From Candidatus Latescibacterota bacterium (GTDB lineage Bacteria; Latescibacterota; UBA2968), in the NCBI GenBank assembly GCA_965204745.1, contig OZ242010.1, forward strand, positions 2,400,001-2,464,000: a stretch of DNA of 64,000 bases, written 5' to 3'. The notes under the pieces were generated by a model. That model was given only the letters and a program-made list of their open reading frames with translations. It was not told the DNA's origin and made no database searches. Within the stretch, counting starts at the first letter, position 1. Every line of letters starts with the position of its first letter. The translations under genes and the position numbers were made by a program. Positions 40,518 to 50,877 of the stretch are shown in pieces.

Positions 40518-40557
40518 AGAAAAAGCCATCCCAAATTTATCGGGATGGCTTTTTTCT
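40518..40557. terminator. Bidirectional terminator
   Basis: AAAAAGCCATCCC-loop-GGGATGGCTTTTTT. Confidence 0.75.
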
Positions 40558-40761
40558 ATTCCATAACACCGCTTCCCTACCTTCTCGCCAACACCCGTGC
40601 GCGGGTTTGTGCAACGATGTCTTTTTGAGGCCCGGCGTTGGGGGCAGTTTTGCGATTGAGGAGTGCGAGGATATTTCTTTTGGAATGTACCATTTGTGCC
40701 TCTCCCTGCCCTGCATCCAAGTAGCCAGTAGTCAGTAAGTCAGTCCCCGCGCCCTAATCCC

Positions 40762-41655
40762 TCAAACCCTGCCAAATTCCAAAACGCTGTGGGCGATTCG
40801 CACCTCGAGGCCGATAGGCAGGACGCGGCGGGACTTGCCGTGGCCGTAGGGCAGGTCGCAATACACCGGGCAGGACACGCGCATAGCAAAATCCGCGAGC
40901 ACGTCTTCGAGTTGCCCCTCGGATTCGCACTCGGGTTCGCAACCCACAAATTCGCCGAACACCACGCCCGCGGCGCGATCAAATGCCCCGGCCATTGCCA
41001 GTTGATTCAGCATGCGATCTACGCGATAGGGCGGCTCATTCACGTCCTCCAGCGCGATCACCGCGCCTTCGCATTGCGGGAAAAACGCCGTGCCTGCCAG
41101 CGACACCATGAGCGATAAACACCCGCCGATCAGCGTGCCCGTGGCCTCGCCCTCGCGCAGGGCCGTCAAGGGGATGGGCGCGAACCGATGCGAACACACC
41201 GCGTCCCACAACGCGCTTTCGGTCTCGGCATGGAGACCCTCTGTCGTCACATCCGAACACAGGGACAGCCCGGAAAACGTGACCAGTGCCGCACGGTCAT
41301 AGATACCCAACTGCAACGCCGTCGTATCGCTCAGGCCGACCAACGCCTTGGGGTTTTGCGCGATCAACGCCCAATCCAACAAGTCCAAAATGCGGGCCGC
41401 GCCATATCCGCCACGCGCCACAAAAATGCCCTTCACATCTGTATCCGCAAACATCGCATGCACATCGTCTGCCCGCGCCCGATCCGTTCCCGCCAGATAC
41501 CGATCTCGTGCGTAGAGCGACTCGCCCTCGCGCACGCGAAATCCCCGCTGTTGCAAATACGCCACTCCCGGCGTCAACCGCTCGCGCTCGAATGACCCGG
41601 ATGGCGCGATGATCCCGACTGTATCGCCGGGTTGTAATTTGGAGGGAAGAGTCAT
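40762..41655 (-). CDS. LD-carboxypeptidase (S66 family)
   Basis: LQPGDTVGIIAPS, RGGYGAARIL, GLSDTT, LEDVNEPPYRVDRML, YGHG. Confidence 0.92.
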   Translation of the reverse strand: MTLPSKLQPGDTVGIIAPSGSFERERLTPGVAYLQQRGFRVREGESLYARDRYLAGTDRARADDVHAMFADTDVKGIFVARGGYGAARILDLLDWALIAQNPKALVGLSDTTALQLGIYDRAALVTFSGLSLCSDVTTEGLHAETESALWDAVCSHRFAPIPLTALREGEATGTLIGGCLSLMVSLAGTAFFPQCEGAVIALEDVNEPPYRVDRMLNQLAMAGAFDRAAGVVFGEFVGCEPECESEGQLEDVLADFAMRVSCPVYCDLPYGHGKSRRVLPIGLEVRIAHSVLEFGRV

Positions 41656-41693
41656 AGTGGTCAGTGGCGTCGTTGCATAAATGGCGATAGCCT

Positions 41694-41992
41694 GCTGTTT
41701 GGGGTAGCAAAAAGACAGGCTCCTTCGCAGATTGGGCATATTTGTCACCGCCACAACACCCTTTCTCACAAGGAACCTGTCATGGCTAAGATAGCCTCTT
41801 CCAAGACCTCCGTCAATGCCCCTCGTCGCCGGTGCTGTGAGACTTGTCTATCGGGTGCGGAACTAGGCGGCTTACGAGGCTGGCCTCAAGTAGCGGGGCA
41901 GTCTGACGTTTTGGATCACGCCTCGAGCCCTTCGGGGCTGGTACTTTCAAGGGCCGACGCAACGGGGGCGCAAACTTGGCGATCCAAACAGC
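41694..41992 (+). mobile_element. Putative MITE / internally deleted IS remnant
   Basis: Imperfect terminal inverted repeats GCTGTTTGG...CCAAACAGC; hairpin GACAGGCTCCTT...AAGGAACCTGTC directly before an ATG; no transposase and no clear target duplication. Confidence 0.4.
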
Positions 41993-42029
41993 GGTGATGG
42001 TGTGTTTGTTCTATCCCTTGCCCCTGCGC

Positions 42030-42068
42030 CAAGATGAAGATAGCGATGGATTTGCCGATGGTGTGCAT
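42030..42068 (-). pseudogene. Truncated N-terminus (MHTIGKSIAIFI) of the array paralogue family
   Basis: Same RBS, leader and first 12 codons as the array genes, then loss of similarity. Confidence 0.7.
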
Positions 42069-42227
42069 GGGGTTCTCCTCTCTATGAGATCCATGTGCCG
42101 GTTAGAAACTGTTTTAATTTTTTCAAGACCTACCTTCGCGCCGCTCATTGTAGGCTACGCCTGGAACAAAAAAGAAGGTCTCCCCTCCCCGTTTCGGGGA
42201 GGGGCCGGGGGAGGGGTCCTATTCCTT

Positions 42228-43313
42228 TCAAAAATTGACCGTGAGCGCGGCGCGAAGCCCTTTGTCTCGCGTGGGCGCGATGCTCAGGTTGAGGCGTTGC
42301 GGCGATACCTCAACCCATTTCTCGGATTTTATTGTAGCACCCATGAGAGTCGAGAGAACCACTATGGATGGGAATATATACACCGCTGTCACGAATGTAG
42401 CAAGGCCACGCCAGTCGTTGTCCTCATCGTTCAAATCTACCAGCGCGATTGGAACGAGGATAATAAGTCCAAGCCCAAGCCCAATCTTAAAGCCTTTGCC
42501 CGTGTTTCGATGCTGTCCAATGCTGACTTCAAAGTTGGAGATTGAAGACATGGGGACTTGATAAAATGTGTGTCCACCTTGGATAACGACCGTGTCTCGA
42601 TTCATTTTTATGACCTCGCCAACGATCCGACTTTTTGAAAGTGAAGGGGCTTTGAAACGCACTTTGGCATTGAACAGGGTCTGTCTTGCATTTTTCCACC
42701 ACCGATCAATGTCTCGCTTGTGTTTAGCAACAACAAGTGTGTCAATGTCGCTGTATGCTATCCATCTTTCCCAGTTTTGCTTTTTGATTGCGATGCGGTT
42801 TGCGCCTTTACCGACAATCCACCCGGTTACGGTTTCTTTCGTCCTTTCTGGTGTATAGACGACATGGGCATACCATCCTTTTCTTATTTTTTTTAGATCA
42901 ATCTGCTCGCGTGTCATGACCGTGGGGAACTGTTGGTTGAACCGTTGGATGGCTTGTGCTTTATTCCGAATAACCCGATTCACCTCGTTCATCTGCGTCG
43001 CGGGCACGCTGGATTCTTCGCTCATGATTATGGATAGAACTTTGGCATAAGCGATAGTCGTCTTGCTCTTGAGTCCGCCGCTGCGAATGGTGAACGATGT
43101 CTCGCCTATCGCATCGATCCAGCCCCTCGCCATTCTTTCTCGGTCATTGCCATCGCGATAGGTGACAGCGATGTACGCATCTCGAACCAGCGCGTTGGCA
43201 TTGACCTGATCGCCTTGCAAGTGCTTGGCGGCATGTGCGAGCATGGGGGCCATCGCATTGAGCACGAGGGTCGCGGTGACAAAGATGGCGATGGATTTGG
43301 TGATGGTGTGCAT
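42228..43313 (-). CDS. Array paralogue 1: exported modular protein, type I C-terminus
   Basis: Signal MHTITKSIAIF...; ends LNLSIAPTRDKGLRAALTVNF. Confidence 0.8.
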   Translation of the reverse strand: MHTITKSIAIFVTATLVLNAMAPMLAHAAKHLQGDQVNANALVRDAYIAVTYRDGNDRERMARGWIDAIGETSFTIRSGGLKSKTTIAYAKVLSIIMSEESSVPATQMNEVNRVIRNKAQAIQRFNQQFPTVMTREQIDLKKIRKGWYAHVVYTPERTKETVTGWIVGKGANRIAIKKQNWERWIAYSDIDTLVVAKHKRDIDRWWKNARQTLFNAKVRFKAPSLSKSRIVGEVIKMNRDTVVIQGGHTFYQVPMSSISNFEVSIGQHRNTGKGFKIGLGLGLIILVPIALVDLNDEDNDWRGLATFVTAVYIFPSIVVLSTLMGATIKSEKWVEVSPQRLNLSIAPTRDKGLRAALTVNF

Positions 43314-43346
43314 GGGGTTCTCCTGTCTGTGAGGTTTGAGAGCCGG

Positions 43347-44183
43347 TTAGAACCGCAATGTGGCGATTGCCGATACGTTGCCATTGCGGTCAGGCGCGAG
43401 CCCGATTGAGAGCCGGCGGGGTTCAAGGGCAGGGTGTGACCGTTTGGACATCATCGCAACCCCGACGAGCGGGCCGATGAGCAGAGAAGGCCAGAGTTTT
43501 CTGTTGATGGCGGTCATCATAACCGTGCCTGCGCTCAATCCCATCGCGCTGCCTTTCAGCCCAACGCCAAATTGACCAGGTGTTTTTTGCATCAATGCGC
43601 GAATCCCTATGCCAATCCCACCGCCGATAAGCACGCCCAAAAAACTGTACATCGGGGCAGCGAAGCCACCGAGGGGATCATCCTCTTCATTGCTATTTAT
43701 TCCAATTTCCCAACCGATTATTCCACCTCCTATCCCTCCCAAAATACCCAAAGTGACAACACCGGGAACCCAGCGGCGGTTATCATCTGCCCTTTTTAGT
43801 GGACGCCCCAGACGCAGAAGGTTTTGGGCGTGCAACAGTTGGAATGGATTATCGCAAACCATGAGTTCTTCAATCCAAGTCCGCGGAATGGTCTTTTCTG
43901 TGTTGTCTCGGCGAATCGTCAGTTCGGTTTCATCTATCGCTCGGACGAATCCTTCCTCGGTTTCAATTTTGCCATCGCCTTTGCGATAGGTCACGCCGAC
44001 GTATCGGCCCTTGGCAACGACCAATTGCCGGGCGCGTTCACCGATAAACCGCTCAACCCCTGCAATCACCTCTGCGGGCGCGTTGTTCTCTGCCTGCGCG
44101 AGCGCAGGGGCCATCGCATTGAGCACGAGGGTTGCAGTGACAAAGATGGCGATGGATTTGGTGATGGTGCGTTCTGCGTACAT
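43347..44183 (-). CDS. Array paralogue 2, type II C-terminus
   Basis: Shared signal peptide; glycine-rich helices; ends LSIGLAPDRNGNVSAIATLRF. Confidence 0.8.
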   Translation of the reverse strand: MYAERTITKSIAIFVTATLVLNAMAPALAQAENNAPAEVIAGVERFIGERARQLVVAKGRYVGVTYRKGDGKIETEEGFVRAIDETELTIRRDNTEKTIPRTWIEELMVCDNPFQLLHAQNLLRLGRPLKRADDNRRWVPGVVTLGILGGIGGGIIGWEIGINSNEEDDPLGGFAAPMYSFLGVLIGGGIGIGIRALMQKTPGQFGVGLKGSAMGLSAGTVMMTAINRKLWPSLLIGPLVGVAMMSKRSHPALEPRRLSIGLAPDRNGNVSAIATLRF

Positions 44184-44227
44184 GGATGCCTCCGATTGAG
44201 TTTGGGGTGCTCGTTCTGCAACACGTC

Positions 44228-45142
44228 CTAAAATTTCAAAGATGGCCCAACCGCCACGGTCATTCCTCGCAAAAAATGATTATCCAAATACTCCCAAAAT
44301 AAGTCGGCTCGCACGGCGGCTTGCACGTTGATATGCGGATGAACAGGTACAAGGATCGCGGCACCCGCCGAACCGCGCGGACGGGTCGTCGATTCGTAAT
44401 CCCCTCCGCTCTGGTAGTAGATGTTCTCAAAGGATGCGCCAAACGCGAAATCGGCCAGCAAGACGACTCGTTTGCGATTGTTGAGGACATAAGCTTTTTG
44501 AAAGACCAGCAATGAGGAAAACACCCGTGCGGTCATGCCGGCCTCGCGTCGTCTAATTTCAGATTCACTTCTCCGCCAATGAGATACACTATATTCTTGG
44601 TCGGGCGAAACCGCAAAGATATTTACTTTTTGATACGCACATCGCAACCCAACCCGCGAACGGTCTTCATCAGAGAGGAAATCGCCGAAATAGAGAGACG
44701 CGGCCCACAGTGACTTTTTGTACCGATCACCAAAGATATAGAATCCCGTATACATTTTACTGATGTTAAAAAAATAACCGGCTTCAAGCGTCAATTCCGG
44801 TTTGAAATGGGTTAGCCATGAACGCGGGCCGGTCGTCTTTTTAGGTGCGGTCAACGCGATGATTTTGTGAATGCGCTCGCGGTCAATTTCCGTTTTCCAA
44901 GAATCGACGCCGATGATCAACCGCTTTGAATCAACCGCCTTGATTAGCCCTCTTACAGTCGCCATGCTTTCCCACTTCCCAGAGATCGAATCCCGCTCTC
45001 CCTCCCCATAAGTGATCATGACATACGCGCCGATTTCAACCGCGTTGCTGTCGATCTCCCCGGCTTTCACATCCACTTCTGCCCGTAGAACTCCTGGCAG
45101 ACACACGCCCAAAAGCAAAACGATTATCGCCATTCGTACCAT
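44228..45142 (-). CDS. Putative outer-membrane beta-barrel protein embedded in the array
   Basis: Signal peptide; N-terminal YVMITY...RGLIKAVD resembles the array domains; alternating beta strands; terminal Phe. Confidence 0.6.
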   Translation of the reverse strand: MVRMAIIVLLLGVCLPGVLRAEVDVKAGEIDSNAVEIGAYVMITYGEGERDSISGKWESMATVRGLIKAVDSKRLIIGVDSWKTEIDRERIHKIIALTAPKKTTGPRSWLTHFKPELTLEAGYFFNISKMYTGFYIFGDRYKKSLWAASLYFGDFLSDEDRSRVGLRCAYQKVNIFAVSPDQEYSVSHWRRSESEIRRREAGMTARVFSSLLVFQKAYVLNNRKRVVLLADFAFGASFENIYYQSGGDYESTTRPRGSAGAAILVPVHPHINVQAAVRADLFWEYLDNHFLRGMTVAVGPSLKF

Positions 45143-45174
45143 GTGTTCCTCCTGTCGAATCAGGATCCTTTGCG

Positions 45175-46377
45175 TTAAAAATTGACCGTGAGCGCGGCGC
45201 GAAGCCCTTTTTCAGGCGTGGGCGCGATGCTCAGGTTGAGGCGTTGCGGCGGCACTTCAACCCAGTTCTCGGATTTGGTTGCAGCACCCATGAGAGTCGA
45301 GAGAATCACTATGGATGGGAAGATATACGCCGCTGTAATAGCTGTGGCCCAGCCGTGCAATTCGAATTCGCCCCCTTCTTTATAATCTGCAATCGCGACT
45401 GGAACGAGGACAGCAAGTCCAAGCCCAAGCCCAATCATAAAACCTTTGTCCGCGTTTCGACGCTGTCCAATGCTGGCTTCAAAATTAGAGATGGAAGACA
45501 TGGGCACTTGAAGAATCGCCATCTTTATCACCGCGGCACTCGTGCTCAATGTACGTCCTTCTCGGATGAGAAGTGTGTCTTGCGTCATTTTGACGACCTC
45601 GCCAACGATCCATTCTTTTGTCAGTGAAGGAACTTTGAAACGCACTTTGGCATTGTGTGTCATGAACCGCTGTATGGCTTTTGTCTCTGCTTCTATTTTC
45701 TTTTTTTTTCGCGCTACTGCATTCCGTTGCGTTAAGTACACGCCTGTATCTGCACTCATGACCAATGTCATCACTTTGGCGTATGCAATGGTCGTCTTGC
45801 CCAAGAGGCCGTTTTGAATCGTGAACGATGTGTCGCCAATCGCCTTAATAATCCCCGCTTTCTCCTGTTTCAGTTTATTGTCCTCGTAATAGGTGACGAC
45901 AGCGTAGGCATTTTGAACCAGCGTATCGGCCTTGACCTGTTCGCCTTGCAGGTGGATAACCCCGGTCCTTGCCTTCTGTTCTGCCTTTGCCGCTCTTCTT
46001 TCTGCCTTTGCCGCTCTTCTTTTTTCATCTCTGATAAACCGATTTACCTCATTCATCTGCTTCGCGGGCACGCTTGATTCCTCGCTCATGATTATGGATA
46101 GGACTTTGGCGTAGGCGATAGTCGTCTTGCTCTTGAGTCCGCCGCTGCGAATGGTGAACGATGTCTCGCCTATCGCATCGATCCAGCCCCTCGCCGTTCT
46201 TTCTCGGCCATTGCCATCGCGATAGGTGACAGCGATGTACGCATCTCGAACCAGCGCGTTGGCATTGACCTGATCGCCTTGCAAGTGCTTGGCGGCCTGC
46301 GCGAGCATGGGAGCCATCGCGTTGATCAGAATGGTCGCCGTGACGAAAATGGCGATGGATTTGCCGATGGTGTGCAT
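45175..46377 (-). CDS. Array paralogue 3, type I
   Basis: Duplicated HLQG(D/E)QV...TY...AIG.TSFTI domain. Confidence 0.8.
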   Translation of the reverse strand: MHTIGKSIAIFVTATILINAMAPMLAQAAKHLQGDQVNANALVRDAYIAVTYRDGNGRERTARGWIDAIGETSFTIRSGGLKSKTTIAYAKVLSIIMSEESSVPAKQMNEVNRFIRDEKRRAAKAERRAAKAEQKARTGVIHLQGEQVKADTLVQNAYAVVTYYEDNKLKQEKAGIIKAIGDTSFTIQNGLLGKTTIAYAKVMTLVMSADTGVYLTQRNAVARKKKKIEAETKAIQRFMTHNAKVRFKVPSLTKEWIVGEVVKMTQDTLLIREGRTLSTSAAVIKMAILQVPMSSISNFEASIGQRRNADKGFMIGLGLGLAVLVPVAIADYKEGGEFELHGWATAITAAYIFPSIVILSTLMGAATKSENWVEVPPQRLNLSIAPTPEKGLRAALTVNF

Positions 46378-46532
46378 GGGGTTCTCCTCTCTATGAGGTT
46401 TGAGAGCCGGTTAGAAACTGTTTTAATTTTTTCAAGACCTACCTTCGCGCCGCTCATTGTAGGCTACGCCTAAAATAAAAAAAGAAGGTCTCCCCGTTTC
46501 GGGGAGGGGCCGGGGGAGGGGTCCTATTCCTT

Positions 46533-47690
46533 TCAAAAATTGAACGTGAGCGCGGCGCGAAGTCCTTTGTCTCGCGTGGGCGCGATGCTCAAGTTGAGAT
46601 GTTGCGGCGATACCTCAACCCATTTCTCGGATTTTATTATCGTCCCCATGAGAGTCGAGAGAACCACTATGGGTAGGAATGCTATTGTCTCTAAAGGGAT
46701 GCCTGGCCATTCGTTCGGCAATATGATCTCGTCGTTAGAATTAGAATCTGCAATCGCGGCTGTAACAACGACAGCATATCCAAGCCCAAGCCCAATCATA
46801 AAACCTTTGCCCGCGTTTCGACGTTGCCCCAGGCTGGCTTCAAAATTGGAGATTGAAGACATGGGCACTTCAAGAAATGTACGTCCTTCTCGGATGAGAA
46901 GTGTGTCTTGCGTCATTTTGACGACCTCGCCAACGATCCGACTTTTTGAAAGTGAAGGGGCTTTGAAACGCACTTTGGCATTGTGTGTCATGAACCGTTG
47001 CATTGCATTGCTTGCATTTTTCAACTCTTCAACAGATCCTCGGTATTTAGCGTTGGCGACAACTATCGCGTCGATATCGCCGTATGCTATCGTGTCGATA
47101 TCGCCGTATGCTCTTTCCCAGGTTTTTCCGACGAATCTGGCCTTATTTTTGAACTCGTGGATTACGATATGCTTTGCGTCTTTGGTGATAATCCATCCGG
47201 TTGCGGTTTCTTTTTGGTTTTCTGATGTATAGATGGCATGGGCATACCATCCCTTTGTGATCTTCTCGGGGACGATCTGCTCGCCTTGCAGGTGGATAAC
47301 CCCGGTCCTTGCCTTCTGTTCTGCCGCTCTGCTTTTTTGATCTCTGATAAACCGATTCACCTCATTCATCTGCTTCGCGGGCACGCTTGAGGCTTCGCTC
47401 ATGATTATGGATAGGACTTTGGCGTAGGCGATAGTCGTCTTGCTCTTGAGTCCGCCGCTGCGAATGGTGAACGATGTCTCGCCTATCGCATCGATCCAGC
47501 CCCTCGCCGTTCTTTCTCGGCCATTGCCATCGCGATAGGTGACAGCGATGTACGCATCTCGAACCAGCGCGTTGGCATTGACCTGATCGCCTTGCAAGTG
47601 CTTGGCGGCATGTGCGAGCGCAGGGGTCATCGCATTGAGCACGAGGGTTGCAGTGATGAAGATAGCGATGGATTTGCCGATGGTGTGCAT
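46533..47690 (-). CDS. Array paralogue 4, type I
   Basis: Shared modules; ends ALTFNF. Confidence 0.8.
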   Translation of the reverse strand: MHTIGKSIAIFITATLVLNAMTPALAHAAKHLQGDQVNANALVRDAYIAVTYRDGNGRERTARGWIDAIGETSFTIRSGGLKSKTTIAYAKVLSIIMSEASSVPAKQMNEVNRFIRDQKSRAAEQKARTGVIHLQGEQIVPEKITKGWYAHAIYTSENQKETATGWIITKDAKHIVIHEFKNKARFVGKTWERAYGDIDTIAYGDIDAIVVANAKYRGSVEELKNASNAMQRFMTHNAKVRFKAPSLSKSRIVGEVVKMTQDTLLIREGRTFLEVPMSSISNFEASLGQRRNAGKGFMIGLGLGYAVVVTAAIADSNSNDEIILPNEWPGIPLETIAFLPIVVLSTLMGTIIKSEKWVEVSPQHLNLSIAPTRDKGLRAALTFNF

Positions 47691-47850
47691 GGGGTTCTCC
47701 TTTCTGTGAGGTTTGAGAGCCGGTTAGAAACTGTTTTAATTTTTTCAAGACCTACCTTCGCGCCGCTCATTGTAGGCCACGCGAAAAATACAAAAAGAAG
47801 GTCTCCCCTCCCAGTTTCGGGGAGGGGCCGGGGGAGAGGTCCTATTCCTT

Positions 47851-49020
47851 TCAAAAATTGACCGTGAGCGCGGCGCGAAGTCCTTTGTCTCGCGTGGGCG
47901 CGATGCTCAAGTTGAGATGTTGCGGCGATACCTCAACCCATTTCTCGGTTTTTATTATCGTCCCCATGAGAGTCGAGAGAACCACTATGGATGGGAATAT
48001 ATACACCGCTGTAATAGCTGTGGGAAAGCCTTGCAATTCCCCCTCTACTTTATAATCTTCAATCGCGACTGGAACAAGGACAGCAAGTCCAAGCCCAAGC
48101 CCAATCATAAAACCTTTGCCCGCGTTTCGACGTTGCCCCAGGCTGGCTTCAAAATTGGAGATTGAAGACATGGGCACTTCAAGAAATGTACGTCCTTCTC
48201 GGATGAGAAGTGTGTCTTGCGTCATTTTGACGACCTCGCCAACGATCCGACTTTTTGAAAGTGAAGGGGCTTTGAAACGCACTTTGGCATTGTGTGTCAT
48301 GAACCGTTGCATGGCCTTGCTTGCATTTTTCAACTCTTCAACAGATCCTCGGTATTTAGCGTTAGCGACAACTATCGCGTCGATATCGCCGTATGCTATC
48401 GTGTCGATATCGCCGTATGCTCTTTCCCAAGTTTTTCCGACTCGCCAACGATCCGTTCTTTCGAATCTGGCCTTATTTTTGAACTCGTGGATTACGATAT
48501 GCTTTGCGTCTTTGGTGATAATCCATCCGGTTGCGGTTTCTTTTTTTCCTTCTGATGTATAGATGGCATGGGCATACCATCCCTTTGTGATCTTCTCGGG
48601 GACGATCTGATCGCCTTGCAGGTGGATAACCCCGGTCTTTGCCTTCTGTTCTGCCTTTCTTCTTTTTTCATCTTTGATAAACCGATTCACCTCGTTCATC
48701 TGCGTCGCGGGCACGCTTGAGGCTTCGCTCATGATTATGGATAGGACTTTGGCGTAGGCGATAGTCGTCTTGCTCTTGAGTCCGCCGCTGCGAATGGTGA
48801 ACGATGTCTCGCCTATCGCATCGATCCAGCCTTTTGCCGTTCTTTCTCGGTCATTGCCATCGCGATAGGTGACAGCGACATAAGCATCTCGAACCAGCGC
48901 GTTGGCATTGACCTGATCGCCTTGCAAGTGCTTGGCGGCCTGCGCGAGCGCAGGGGCCATCGCGTTGAGCACGAGGGTTGCAGTGATGAATATGGCGATG
49001 GATTTGGTGATAGTGTACAT
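47851..49020 (-). CDS. Array paralogue 5, type I
   Basis: Start trimmed to MYTITK; near-identical to paralogue 4 except in the C-terminal variable region. Confidence 0.8.
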   Translation of the reverse strand: MYTITKSIAIFITATLVLNAMAPALAQAAKHLQGDQVNANALVRDAYVAVTYRDGNDRERTAKGWIDAIGETSFTIRSGGLKSKTTIAYAKVLSIIMSEASSVPATQMNEVNRFIKDEKRRKAEQKAKTGVIHLQGDQIVPEKITKGWYAHAIYTSEGKKETATGWIITKDAKHIVIHEFKNKARFERTDRWRVGKTWERAYGDIDTIAYGDIDAIVVANAKYRGSVEELKNASKAMQRFMTHNAKVRFKAPSLSKSRIVGEVVKMTQDTLLIREGRTFLEVPMSSISNFEASLGQRRNAGKGFMIGLGLGLAVLVPVAIEDYKVEGELQGFPTAITAVYIFPSIVVLSTLMGTIIKTEKWVEVSPQHLNLSIAPTRDKGLRAALTVNF

Positions 49021-49054
49021 GGGGGTTCTCCTTTCTGTGAGATCCAGGTGCCGG

Positions 49055-50224
49055 TTAGAACCGCAGGGTGGCGATTGCCGATACGTTGCCATTGCGGTCA
49101 GGCGCGAGGCCGATTGAGAACCGACTATCTTTAGGCAACTTGCGTGACCTCTCGGACATAATCACAGACCCGACGAGCGGGCCGACGAACAGGGCGGGCC
49201 AAGTTTGGTCTTTCAATCTGACACTAAGAATCCCGATTCCCAATCCCATGAGGCTACCGAGCATTGATTTGACAGATTGATCGTACGGATCCACAATGCT
49301 CACCCCAAGTGCCATTCCTACCGTATAGGCAATACCCGCGCCAACAACTACTCCTTCAATACATCCGAGATATTTATCACTACACTTACTCCCAATATTA
49401 TTTTGTAATCCACCGCCTACAGCACCTCCCAACCAAAAGAAAGAACCGCCCACAAGAGGTCCGAGAAGCAATTTTTTGGCAATGCGGACTGGAGGGCGAT
49501 CTTCATCTCTTTTCTTGTTTCTTAGGGCGATGCGCTTGGCGTGCTGAAGCTGGCTTGGATGTTCGCAGACGATCAAAACGTCAATCCCATTCAATGGGAT
49601 TTTCTTCTGCCAAATACCCCGGCGAATCGTCAGTTCGGTTTCATCCCTCGCTTGGACGAATCCTTCCACTGTTTCAATTTTGCCATTGTCTTTGCGATAG
49701 GTCACGCCGACGTAGCGGCCCTTGGCAACGACCACTTGTCGGGCGCGTTCACCGATAAACCGCTCGACCCCTGCAATCACCTCTTCGGGCGCGTTGTTCT
49801 CTGTCTGTGCGAGCGCAGGGGCCCTCGCCTCGCTGGCCTCTTCTTTGGCCTGTTCTCTCTCTCTCGCTTTCATATTCCGAATAAACCGATTTACCTCATT
49901 CATCTGCTTCGCGGGCACGCTGGAGGCTTCGCTCATGATCACGGACAGGACTTTGGCATAGGCGATAGTCGTCTTGCTCTTGAGTCCGCCGCTGCGAATG
50001 GTGAACGATGTCTCGCCTATCGCATCGATCCAGCCCCTCGCCGTTCTTTCTCGGCCATTGCCATCGCGATAGGTGACGGCGATGTACGCATCTCGAACTA
50101 GCGCGTTGGCATTGACCTGCTCGCCTTGCAGGTGCTTGGCGGCATGTGCGAGCATGGGGGCCATCGCATTGAGCACGAGGGTTGCAGTGACAAAGATAGC
50201 GATAGATTTGCCGATGGTGTGCAT
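49055..50224 (-). CDS. Array paralogue 6, chimera (first-class N-domain fused to a type II body)
   Basis: Junction ...ARAPALAQTENNAP reuses the end of the signal peptide internally. Confidence 0.8.
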   Translation of the reverse strand: MHTIGKSIAIFVTATLVLNAMAPMLAHAAKHLQGEQVNANALVRDAYIAVTYRDGNGRERTARGWIDAIGETSFTIRSGGLKSKTTIAYAKVLSVIMSEASSVPAKQMNEVNRFIRNMKAREREQAKEEASEARAPALAQTENNAPEEVIAGVERFIGERARQVVVAKGRYVGVTYRKDNGKIETVEGFVQARDETELTIRRGIWQKKIPLNGIDVLIVCEHPSQLQHAKRIALRNKKRDEDRPPVRIAKKLLLGPLVGGSFFWLGGAVGGGLQNNIGSKCSDKYLGCIEGVVVGAGIAYTVGMALGVSIVDPYDQSVKSMLGSLMGLGIGILSVRLKDQTWPALFVGPLVGSVIMSERSRKLPKDSRFSIGLAPDRNGNVSAIATLRF

Positions 50225-50236
50225 GGGGTTCTCCTT

Positions 50237-50866
50237 TCAAAAATTGACTGTGAGCGCGGCGCGGAGCCCTTTGTCAAGCGTGGGCGCGATGCTCAGGTTG
50301 AGGCGTTGCGGCGATACCTCAACCCATTTCTCGGTTTTTGTTGCAACACCAATGAGAGTCGAGAGAACCACTATGGGAGGGGCAATGGCTACAGTATCTG
50401 TATTCAGCAGAGGACTGAGATAAGGGGCACTAAAAAAAAGAGTAATTCCAAGCCCAAGTCCAACTGACAAGCCTTTGCCCGTGTTTCTACGTTGCCCCAT
50501 GCTGACTTCCGTATTGGTGATTGCAGACAAAGGCACGCGATAAAGTGTACGTCCTTTTTCAACAGGTGTTCGGCGTCCGGGCATGAAAATCCACCCTGTG
50601 CCTTCGATAACGAGTGTGTCTTGTGTCATGCTGACGATTCGACCAATAATCCGTTTTTTTGAGATTGCATGAACATGAACGCGCACTCTGGCATTGCGAA
50701 ATGGTCTGGCATCGCCTCTCACATCTTCTTCACCGATAAACCGCTCAACCCCTGCAATCACCTCTGAGGGCGCGTTGTTCTCTGTCTGCGCGAGTGCAGG
50801 GGCCATCGCGTTGAGCACGAGTGCCGCGGTGATGAAGATGGCGATGGATTTGGTGATGGTGTGCAT
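50237..50866 (-). CDS. Array paralogue 7, short type I
   Basis: Start MHTITK; ENNAP stub joined to a type I C-domain. Confidence 0.8.
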   Translation of the reverse strand: MHTITKSIAIFITAALVLNAMAPALAQTENNAPSEVIAGVERFIGEEDVRGDARPFRNARVRVHVHAISKKRIIGRIVSMTQDTLVIEGTGWIFMPGRRTPVEKGRTLYRVPLSAITNTEVSMGQRRNTGKGLSVGLGLGITLFFSAPYLSPLLNTDTVAIAPPIVVLSTLIGVATKTEKWVEVSPQRLNLSIAPTLDKGLRAALTVNF

Positions 50867-50877
50867 GGGGTCTCCTT

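Noticed and set aside
41818-41969. Cobalamin riboswitch or 6S RNA
   Set aside because: Only fragmentary motif resemblance, and the downstream gene is unrelated to B12. Left as an unassigned structure.
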